DNA from: Gonapodya sp. JEL0774
Taxonomy: Eukaryota
Assembly (NCBI GenBank): GCA_027604505.1
Contig: JADIIX010000149.1
Span: 1-50,852, forward strand
Length of the DNA: 50,852 bases
Direction: 5' to 3'
Part shown: positions 28,264 to 38,410 of the stretch, piece after piece
How positions within the stretch are numbered: the first letter of the stretch is position 1
Layout: each line of letters starts with the position of its first letter
Translations under genes and position numbers: made by a program
Notes under the pieces: model-generated
What the model was told of the DNA's origin: nothing
What the model saw: the letters and a program-made list of their open reading frames with translations, nothing else
The model's database searches: none

Positions 28264-29362
28264 TTATCCGTCTCCACCACCAGTGTGCTTACCACGAAGA
28301 GCATCTACGTGCACGCCATCGTTATCACGTAGAAAGTCTCCTTCAGTGTACTCTTTGCCAACCTTACTCCGGTTCTCCCCGCTGTCGGTTTTGTCGACGT
28401 AGTGAAGCCACTCTCCTCCTGATATGGTATTGGATGTATCGAGTTCATATTCGTAGTCACTGTCCAAATCCTCCATATCCGCAATCGGGTCGATCTCTTC
28501 GTCCGTTTCAGAGTCCGTCATCCCGTATTCAGCGTCCCAGGTCCTTTCCGGGTCCACGTCCTCGTCAGTCAAAGCTTCGTCTCCTTCAACCAAGCTGTGG
28601 TCATGGTCCAGTTGACTAGATACTACTCCATGATCCGTTTCGGCCAATGTTCTCTCGGCAAGATTCTTGTTCCCACTTCTACCGCCTCCTGCCCCACCAC
28701 CTCCGTACTTTGCTTTTGTCTCCCTACACTTCTTAGCCTTCCTTTTTCTCTCCTTATCAATCTTGGTCTGCTTCTTGGACACAGCTCCATTGATTGCCTC
28801 GTCCAACTTGGCCAGCAACAGCTTTCGAGCGATACTCCGGTTGACCGCAAGAGAGCGGGAGGCTTGACTCTAGATTGCAAAAGGGGTGAAAATTGTGAGC
28901 AGAAATTGACCGCCCATTCGGCGCGAAACTTTTAGAGCCGGAACGTGTCACTGAAAATCTCACATCCGCCCGGATCCCTGTTGGCACGTGTATGAGTTGG
29001 ACGCGGTGTCTGCATTTGTTGATCTTTTGACCTCCTGGTCCAGAGCCTTTCACAAAACTTTCCTGTATTTCAGATTCATTGAGCTTCACCTTGATGCGGG
29101 TGGGAACTGAGGGTGGTTGCACCGAAAGGCGAGGAGAGGGAGTCAAGGTAGGGGAAGCGGCAATTGGTGATACATGGCCATCCGAAGGATGTGCGTGAGA
29201 CGGGGAGTGCGCGCCTGATGCAGGTTTGGGAAAGGATGATGATGCGAATCGAGCGGTCTGTCCACCCGATATGCCTGACAGATGGGAGCGTCCGAACAGC
29301 TGATTCCACCAAATGCAGTGATGAATGGAGAGAGGGCGCCAAAAACAGGTCGTCGGAGGCAT
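28264..29362 (-). CDS. MTRFR: Mitochondrial ribosome rescue factor C12orf65/mtRF-R (Pth3-like, RF-1 family) with long acidic C-terminal extension
   Basis: LNESEIQESFVKGSGPGGQKINKCRHRVQLIHVPTGIRAD|SQASRSLAVNRSIARKLLLAKLD, followed by the basic stretch KERKRKAKK. The N-terminus is Arg/Ser-rich and presequence-like. Confidence 0.88.
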
Positions 29363-30699
29363 TTCAAGTGGACTGAGGCGATCGAAACATGTTGGAAGTG
29401 AAATCGGCGGGCACCAAGTCCGTGCAGAGCTTTCACACTCAGACAAAATCGAATGGGATGATCCAGAGTGGCCGTAGCGGACGGAACACCCACACACGAT
29501 ATCCTCGACCCAAGCCAGCTTTGAAGAGCATTTGATGTATTTCGGAGTGCGGCAGGTTACAGGATTTCGGTCAACCCCGCCGGACACCAGTCTTTCCACC
29601 CGTTACTCCTCGACTCACTATATTGTAATGCCATGGATGCACTAAAATCGCTGCGATAGTAGTTCTACTTCTCCATACCCCTCTCTCCTGTCTCATCTGC
29701 AGCATCCTGCCGGTTGCCTCGATAACCCCCAACAGGGCACGTACCAATTGGATAATTTATCCAAAACTATCCATGTGCGTGGTTTCATGGACGATGTTTG
29801 GTACAAGCTGCCGGAACCAATCACCAGTCTATCTCGAAGTTGCACGCACATCCAACCACAGCACCATCGAAACGGCATATTTGACTGTGGACAATACGCA
29901 TCGGCTCGTCCGACAGGGCATATCTTATTTGAATGATTGAGCACAGCGTCATCTGAGCTTAGATAAAAAGATTATGGTGCTCCTGTCTTTCCTTGGGCGA
30001 GGTGGCACAGATGTTCTGTACGAAATGGGACCGGATACGCCGTACAAGCGGGATTCGACCAGTTTACTGCAGACGTTCATTCAACAGGTATCTCGAGCGA
30101 CTTCATGACCAAAGGTTCTTTGCGGCAATTCCAGTTTGGAATCATTTTAGTTTTCATTGAAAGGTGTCCGTTCAATCACCTTTCCGAGTCGTCCATTCCG
30201 TACTTCCGCGAGGGCCGCAATGAGGACTGTGCGAATTGTTGAACAGATGCAGGCAGATGCTTTGCGAGTGAGTCGGTGATGTGATTTGGTAAGAGCGGCC
30301 CCCAGAATGCCACGGAAGCAGGTACTTTTGTGGTCGAAACGATGGATGCGAATGGAAAGGGTGTCTCTTCAACCATCAGCCCCGTTCTTGACATCAAACC
30401 AAGGGGAAAATATGCAAATGACTGTGGTGCCCTATCTTGAGGGAGAAGGCGACTCGAAAAGGTGATTCTCTGGTGCAGAATGACACTGCGATTCGACTTC
30501 CAGTGTGAGCATGGAGCCATTAAGCCAACCATCCCACGCAAACATGGTCAAGAAAGTCCTCAGCGATGATTTCATTTTGATAGAACTGAGTGAACAGAGT
30601 TCCGTCTCAGACACCATGACTGATCCCCGCGAGCAGTCTCAGCAATCGTCCGGGTTCAGTCGAAGAGCTGCGACGACCGGACAATGATCGCCATGGCTT

Positions 30700-31175
30700 C
30701 CCTGCGGCAGATACTCATGTATCTACGTTCCAAATTCTGGAGTCGTCTCTCCAGAACGAGAATCGATCATGGAATTGGTTGTCGATGGCTCTAGACACTC
30801 GCCCCACCGGAAGGACGACATGTCCACCGCTGGCTGCAGGGGTTAAAAAGACTCTCGCTGGATGGGGAGAATCTCTTGAGGGGTTGATTCCTCCGGAGGT
30901 GTTTGATTTCCTTGTTGTCGTGCTCTCGTTCGCAACTCTGGGACTCTAGCCCTTGCGATAGATATTCATGTATATACGTTTCAAAATGTGGAGTGAGTCT
31001 TCTCTCCGAAACGAGATAGATTCGATCCTCGAAGTGATTGTCGATGGTCCCGTTCGAAACTCTGGGACTCCAGCCCCACCCGAGGGAAGACATGTCCATC
31101 GTTGCAGAGCGTCAAAAGACTGGCGCTCGATTGAAAGTATCTCTTGAGGGTTGATTCCGTCGCAGGTGTTCAGTT
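30700..31175. repeat. Degenerate tandem duplication (about 200-220 bp unit, about 250-270 bp period)
   Basis: 30701 cctgcggcagatactcatgtatctacgttccaaattctggagt vs 30951 ccttgcgatagatattcatgtatatacgtttcaaaatgtggagt. Also gacatgtccaccg...tctcttgaggggttgattcctccggaggtgtt vs gacatgtccatcg...tctcttgagggttgattccgtcgcaggtgtt. Confidence 0.85.
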
Positions 31176-31296
31176 CGTTGGAGTGACTCTGGGATCGTGG
31201 GTCTCACTGATTGGGAGTTGGAGAGCAGTGCTGCGGCACAAAACATGGCACAGAGACTGCGTCCATCAGGCCGGGCACAGAGAAAACACACCCTCC

Positions 31297-31891
31297 TCAA
31301 ATAGGGTGTGTGACCCCTATTGAATGGCCGCGAGGTTTCCGCAGATCGTATGATTCTTTCGCCTTTTACTAAAGAATCCCGTGTGGACTCCCCACTAAGC
31401 GGCATCTTGGAATTTATGGAAACCACTCAACCGCTTGAGTAGGCAAACTTTTTTGCAACATTTGAACAAGAGATGCTTCTTTTCCATCATATGATCGCAC
31501 AGTATCAAAAAGGTCTTGCAATTCTTCCAGAGAAGGTCTGAAAAGGGCACTTTGTGAGACAACCACTGGCAAAGTTAACATGAAGTGCCCTGATAAAGAT
31601 TGTAGCACCTGAATCCTTTGTCATAAATTTCAATTGGATTCTTCCTCTCCAAAGGAATCAAGAAAATCAACAAGCGAGAGTGGGCATCAACTCCGCCGTA
31701 GAGAGTGATTCCATATCTCACAGTTTTAAATTAATGTTAACGAAGGGTTACAGTGCATGGGTGCACTTGCTCACCTAACAAGTACTTCATTCTGATCAAT
31801 GTTAAGGCAGTGCTCCGGTCTGTGGTCGGGGATCGAGGGGGCACGTTTCCACGAACTTTGAGAGCCCATCCCAACCGATTGAACTGTAATT
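31297..31891 (-). pseudogene. Degenerate intron-containing DDE integrase/transposase core (RNase H fold, IS3EU/rve-like) relic
   Basis: Removing introns 31717-31774 and 31538-31608 gives CLNIDQNEVLVRYGITLYGGVDAHSRLLIFLIPLERKNPIEIYDKGFRPSLEELQDLFDTVRSYDGKEASLVQMLQ. This fits the recalled pattern HxDQNEKL..YG.T....xDG.SR...KN...IY...DxxRxDxGxE. Signs of decay: an apparent D-to-Y change, a premature stop at 31414 and no visible third acidic residue. Confidence 0.65.
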
Positions 31892-33489
31892 CTGGTGAAA
31901 TAAAAGGCGGATTGTAGCCGCCAATGCGGACGATTTATGCTAGTCTAATTTTTTTCCTGCCCCCGGAGCGGATGCTGGAGCGTCACCGAGTTGGGCTGTT
32001 TTTTCGGACATCAAACCATTCGCCATCAACGACGGTCATCCACATCCCAGAAGTGAAGCAGCCAATATGAATGAAATGATGGGCGATTTGTTCCATCGTG
32101 TTTTGTCTGGGGCCCAAGTGGCTCGTGCTCGATATTCGACGGAAATCGTTCTTTCTTGGACATCTCATGACTGGATTAAAGGTCACAACCGGTCAGTTTC
32201 AACATGAAAACACTTGCAGTGGTGGATTTTTTCTAATATTGCTGCAATCCCCCTCATAGCGGAGATTCATAGTCCGTGTTTGAAAGTACGGCTCCAGCAA
32301 TGTTTCCACCCCTGAAATGTTGAACCATCTGTAAAATCCATTCGGAACAGTCAGGTTACTGAAAGGGACTGTATTAAGACTCCAGAGCTGCTGCAGCAGG
32401 TGACGTGCGACTGGAACTGGTTGGTTATACGGTGAATGCCGGATCACATTCAAGCAATATGAAGGTGAAAACGATACCAAACATGTATTTTCTTGTGAGA
32501 ATATAATTTCGATGCTCGTTTAATGAAATCCCAATAATTTGGTTGGTGCCGACATTTGTCTATGTTGAGCAGAATTGGAGCGACAGTCAACCATCAACCA
32601 CTACCGGCAGTCGCCCAAAGCACACCGTTCACATAAACCAGTGCTCTGTATGCTGCATATGACTTCAAAGAAGCAAGCACAGCAGAAACCAGCTCCTGCA
32701 GGGTGACTTCATTTCTGACCACTGTCAGCACCCTCCGTTCTTGTACACTTCATTCCCTTTTTCTCTTTCGGTTTGAGGCAACATTTTGTTGCGAAGATCT
32801 GTCACAACTTAGTTTGAGAACCAGACCATTATCGAGCTATGGGGTGCAAACTGACAATTAGTGCTCGGTGCAGGCAGGTCCCGTGCCTAGTGACAACTCA
32901 CCCAAGTCCAACCCGGTATCATCGGAACATTTGTTGTCAGGCGAAGACGTTGTCCGCGGGGTCGAAGCCTGTCGTTGTTATTGAGGTTGAGCACCTGAAG
33001 AAAGCACACACGCACCACAAGAAGTGCGCAGTAACAATAACTGTTCGGAAAGAAACACGCACTTGCTTAAGAAAAACGCGCATTTTTTACATTCCATCCG
33101 TCTCCGTAGTTTGGGGTTCCATATTGTTTGCCTTTTTTTGACTGTGTGTGGGGTGCCGAATGGCGTGGTTGAGGGTCCCCAACACAAGATTCTCGACCCA
33201 ATAGAGAGGGGCCACTTCCCTCCATATTCGAGCCCGAGGAGAGAACTTTGCAATGGAAGAGAGGACCGACCGTCGATCCGGTGGAAGGTGGAAGTTGCAG
33301 CAAACGCGGGATAAACGGACATCTTCAGACGACAACCGACTGTACGGGAGGAGAGCTGAATGGGACCCTCGATGGACGGATTGCAAGGCGAGCAGAGCAA
33401 GCAGACGAGTGACTGGCTGCCGGGCGAGCGGGAGATGCGTTGAAGCGGACACTGAAACTCTCTCTCGAAACCCGCGGGGAAAAGTCAGG

Positions 33490-36400
33490 ATGCAAACTTC
33501 CCAGTTCCCTGAGAGAACTGGGATTTTTCTTCCAGCTCTTGCTTTCACTGTACTTGCTACTGGGCCTCAAGCTGCGTGGGCTCAATCCTCGACTCAGTCT
33601 CGTGCATCCTCGACTTCGGGATCCACATCTGGCACCACGCAATCTCCAGTCTTTTCGACGACTCCATCTCCTTCAACCTCTTACGTCTGTCTCAGTCTCG
33701 CAGGCTCAACCTCGTGCGGTGCGTTCGGTTCTTCTGCTTCAGTAAATGTGTCATCTTCGTGGACACTGGCAATGTTTGACGAGGATATGGTAAGCTGGGC
33801 GGACTCAACTAGGCATACCCAGCTTTTCAATGCTGCGTATGGCTGTAAGTGAGTATTAAGTGATGGTGGTGGTGGTGAGAAGGAACTTGGAGTCGAACAG
33901 TCAATCGCTTATGCGACCAGATGGATGCCTGAGCTCTTGATTGCTTTCTCGAAGAAGTGAAGAACATTCACGGGAAGCGTGCATTTGGGCCTTTGTACAA
34001 CGCGATGTAGGACTATACTTTGGTATAGTCTGCTTGATTGGGTTTCAGGTGGAATAGCTCCTCGCACTGTCCCTTTGCTCGAACAATTGTTTGAATCAAG
34101 AGGGCTTTGTGGAAAGCACTTCTATACTCAATCCGTATAATACTTCGTCCCACTATTCTCAACCTAATCCCTCCATCCTCTTCGCACCAGCTGGGACGGC
34201 ATTCCCCTCCGCTACGCCCTCACGTACGGCTGCGCCGAACGAATTTTCTCCTATGATCGCACGTGCAATCTCATGCACTCTTCCACTTCCGCGTCATTTC
34301 CCACACCCACACTCTCTGCCTCCTCGTCAAACCAGACCAATATTCTCATCCCTCCGATATGCAAATCCACCTGTCTCTCCTACCTCGCCTCTGTTCGAAC
34401 GCTTTTCGCAAACACAACAGCTTGCCCTGGTGTGGCGACGGGCTCTATCGGTGAACCGCAGATTGCGGCGAGGGTGCTCGTTCTGAATTATGTTACTGAT
34501 ATTTGCGAGAATTATGCCAATGACGGGGTAGGGTGTGTTGTTGCTTCGGGTGGAGATACTGGGACGTGTGGTGAGTAGGAAATTATGGAATTGGTTAGCT
34601 TGTGGGGTGACAAGATGAACGATTGAGTTTGAGGTGGCACCGGTTGTGTGTTAGGAAGAAGTTTCATTTCTTACTTGGTTTCGTTCACAGGTTATGGTAG
34701 TTCACATCGCGACCTCGCCACTGCCTATTGCATTTCCCCGACTGATCCCTGCTGCAATAGCCTTAAGCCCATTAGTCTGGCTTCCAACGTCTCTACCACC
34801 GCCGTCGCCCCAGCCGACGCTTCCCCTTCACCGTCCTCATCTTCATCTGCCTTATCAGTTGGAACTGTGACTGCCATTGCTGTCTCGGTAGCCTTGTTTC
34901 TGGTCGCGACGGTGCTGGGATTGGTGTATTTGCTGTATGTCCGCCCCCGCACACTTGAAAAGTATGCGGCGAGCCGTCGCCAACTGGACCGTCTGCGTGA
35001 CGCTAATTCTACGCTTGTGAGCAACATGACACCGCCTGCTGGTCCTCGACAACGCGAGCTCGCCCAGCGTGAATTAGCGCATCGCCGCTCTGTTCGGGCA
35101 TCGACCATACGGCAGTCGATGACGCGTTCCCCGATCGCAGCTCCTTCCATACTTAATGGGCAAGGTTTAGGTGCCTTGAGTATTGCCGTAGGCGGCGATA
35201 TACCTCCGCCATCAGCACACCCTTCCACAAAGGGCCGCTCGGCTTCCGTACGGTCTGCGAGGTCTGCGAGGTCTGCCAAGTCCGCGAGGTCTAACAAATC
35301 TGCAAACCGCAAGTCCCGCGCTTCATCTGTCCCCCCAGGATCTCCAACTCTCTCCTTTGCGGCGCGTAGCATAGGTCGCAGGTCTATGGACAGTGCCTTG
35401 CCAAAGCGTCACGTCGCAATTCATGACTACAACCCGCGACTTGAGGACGAAGTAGCCCTTACAAAGGGTGACGTGGTATACATTCGGGAAATATTTAATG
35501 ATGGCTGGTTACGCGGAGCAAATTGGACCACCGGGAGGGAGGGGACATTTCCGGCTGCATGCATTGAGCCTGCGGAAGAATCGGAGGATGAAGATGACGA
35601 GGATAAAGATGGTCCGTTTGGGATTGGAGCGAGGAGTTCGTGGAGGGCGGGCTCAGAAGGGAGCGATTTTGGGAGTTCAGAGGGGATTGAGATGAGGGCG
35701 ACAGGGCGTACTCCAAGTAGGGAAGGGAGACCACGGTCGGGTGTTGGAACTGTCACAGGTGCCGGTAGGAGAAACTCAAAGAGGGAGTCACTGACTGGAC
35801 TGGGTGGTCCTGCGGGATCGGGACCAGGTGCCATCAGGCCGATTTCGAAGAGGCAATCACGGGCATCCCAGCTGAGCGACCTTGCGGGAGGGACCGGATC
35901 TGATGTTTCCGAGGGAGGAGATAGCGATTCGGTCCAGGACGTTTGGCGGGGGAGCCCGGTTGTGCTGGGTCACGGTGTGGATAAGCGAGGTCGAAAGAGA
36001 TCGCCTCCAGACCTGTGGCAGCCTTCTACTACGGCTTTAATACCAGTTATCGCGGCCAATGCAGGATCACTTTCATCCACAGTCACCGCCGGGCGCGTTG
36101 GAACCCCCCTTGGCCGTCGTTCATCTCGTCGTGACCTATCGCCCTCCGTGGGACCTCGTCTGTCAGCTGTTGTCAATCCACACCTCACGACCCTTGCCGA
36201 CCGCGAACTGACAGTTATGTCTCCAATACCTGTCATGCCACAGCCACCTGCAATGGCGGTCACGCCGTCTTATCACCCGTTACGTACTCCAGTCGAGAGG
36301 CCCCCGTCATTAGGGGCGTCCCCGGCAGCGTTACGATCTGGTACAATTGAGCGACCGTCCTCTGTCACTTCTGCTCCTATGATCCGTCCAGTCAAGGTTG

Positions 36401-37179
36401 TGGAAGGATTCGCTGACGTGTCTGCCCCCACCCCCAGCACAAACGCCGTCGTTGCACCTGCTGCCGACCAACCAACACCTGCGTTCAAGGACCGTCCCAT
36501 CTCAGCGTTCACGGACATGCCCATCATTGAACCGGCTAGACCACCGTCCCGCCTATCGGCAGTGTCATTGGGTTCATCCGTGCACGAGAATCCGTTTGCA
36601 GAACCCACGGGTAGCAAGTTTGGTGGGTCTTTGGAGGAGCAAAATCAAGGTGGCTCGGAAAGTCCTGTTGGTTGGCACGATATTCTTCAAGATGCTTTGG
36701 AACCAGGCGAGGATGACGGAGACGAAGGTGACATTAAGGAAAGTGGAGATGGAGATGGGGAGACTCTCATGGATGCGCCGGTCGTGTCCGTGTCTCTTGG
36801 TCCTGTGCACATTGGAGGTGGTTCAGATATCAAGGAGGGACTCGGAAAACCACCCTTAATGCCCATTGAAGCCGCCACACTGACGAAAGCACGACAACCA
36901 TCTCTACCCGGGCCTGGTGCTGGGGGGGTGGACAAACGAATGCCTTCACTGCGGAGTGATGACCTTGCAGCATTAAACCCAATCGGGCGTCGTGAATCCC
37001 CGGGGACTGCGATGGGAACAGCGAACTGGACAGGCGCTATCAGATCATCTTGGGCCAGTGGAGACTATCCGCCTTCGTCTGTCGGGTCCATCGCTGCTGG
37101 GAGGACATCAAAGGACGGAAGGGACAAGTCGGGACACACCAAGATGCGGAGTGTGGCCACCGTCAAGGAGGAATCTTAA
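33490..37179 (+). CDS. Single-pass membrane protein: signal peptide, Cys-rich ectodomain, TM helix, cytoplasmic SH3 domain, long disordered tail
   Basis: Signal-like GIFLPALAFTVLATGPQAAWAQ; CLSLAGSTSCGAF; LRYALTYGC...ICKSTC...C; TM VTAIAVSVALFLVATVLGLVYLLYV; SH3 HVAIHDYNPRLEDEVALTKGDVVYIREIFNDGWLRGANWTTGREGTFPAACI. Introns at about 33849-34189 and 34572-34690. Confidence 0.85.
35251..35297 (+). repeat. Coding 9-nt tandem repeat encoding RSARSARSAKSARSN
   Basis: ggtctgcga ggtctgcga ggtctgcca agtccgcga ggtcta, read directly from the sequence. Confidence 0.8.
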
Positions 37180-37291
37180 CTTTTAATCGACCTGAATTAC
37201 TTGGTCACAACTTAACGCATCTGATAGTCACTGTTTATATAATTGGTATTGAAACAATAGCATCGTCATCACGTGGTGGGTTGTGTAATTC

Positions 37292-38294
37292 TTACTCCAG
37301 TGCCAATCGAGTCAGGTTGAAGTCATTGAGTCGACTCTGATTCAATTGATTAAGAGGCATGTCTTCCCACTTGCTGCTCACATCGCCGAGTTTTGTTGTA
37401 ATCTTGGAGAGGGTATCCTGTAGTTGTGTGAAAGAGAGTTTATGGCTAGCAAACCGTCTCACGCGGATTATCGAAACACACGTTCAGCATGGCCTCAAAC
37501 TCCGATGACAAATACATCGCATTTGCATTTTGGTCCTCGATAAGCATTTCCTTTTCATTCAGACTTTTGGTGAGTTCCTTGATGGCGGTCTCATTGGCTT
37601 GTGTTGAGCGGCCTGAGGATCGGTCGAGGAAATCCACCGGCGACGCGATTCGTTTCCAGGAAAACCTTTTTGGTGGGCCCTTTCATTATGGGAGCTGGAG
37701 CTTGGTTTGCCTACCAAATTGTTCTCGCACTTCCTTGAGCTCTGCTTCGAGGGAGGCGACATGTTCCACCATGTCAGCTTTCAATCTCTTAATCTGCGCC
37801 TTCAAATCTTACGGAAGAGAAGCGTCGATAAATACATTAAACTACAAGGGAAGTCCTCAAGCATTTGTGAGCTCACCGGCCTCCACCTCGATCCGCTCAA
37901 TTGTCTTTCGCTCCAGCAGCTCCTCTAATTCCAAGATTCTCCGCTTTTGCATCGCGTTTTGGGATTTAATACGGGCGATAAGGTCGTTCTGCATCTCTGG
38001 TTGATTCAAAGAGTCATACATTCTGTACTGTACTCCATGGCAAGTTTCAACAGGATGCTCACCCAATTCCTGCTGATAAACGGATACCTCCGCTTGCGAC
38101 TTGGCGAGTTTCTCGCCCAAGGCTAGCGACTCTTCTGTCGAGTGCAATGACGAGAATGGTGGGTTAAAATCTCACATTCGTGATGCAACTGACAAGGAGG
38201 TCCTTCGCGAGGAACTCCCACCAGCATCTTGAATTGGGTTGGATTTGCTCTTTGTCTTCCCTTTTCCGGCACTTTTGGGCTTCTTTGTTGCCAT
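37292..38294 (-). CDS. CCDC153: CCDC153/DRC12-like ciliary coiled-coil protein, multi-exon
   Basis: Lys-rich start MATKKPKSAGKGK and a coiled-coil body. The C-terminus EFEAMLN|DTLSKITTKLGDVSSKWED...RLNDFNL resembles recalled CCDC153 YEEILHDSLDRLLAKL...W...FGL. Confidence 0.6.
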
Positions 38295-38410
38295 TTTGGA
38301 AGGTTTGGTATTGGTGCTTTTGGCGGGCCAAGGCCGTGAACTAATACATATCATTTTTCAAAAAAAAAAGTTCTATTTTACTGTTAGTAGCGAATTTTCG
38401 CAAGCAAAAT

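Noticed and set aside
29748..29764. Palindrome ttggataa-t-ttatccaa
   Set aside because: A single short AT-rich palindrome is expected by chance in 50 kb and has no supporting context.
29748..29936. QHHRNGIFDCGQY resembles the Ulp1-type protease QxNGxDCG motif carried by some transposons
   Set aside because: The spacing is imperfect, no upstream His/Asp motif was found and the ORF is short. It cannot be supported without a profile search.
30700..31200. Repeats considered as a CRISPR-like array
   Set aside because: There are only two long diverged copies, no regular repeat-spacer pattern and no cas genes, and the context is eukaryotic.
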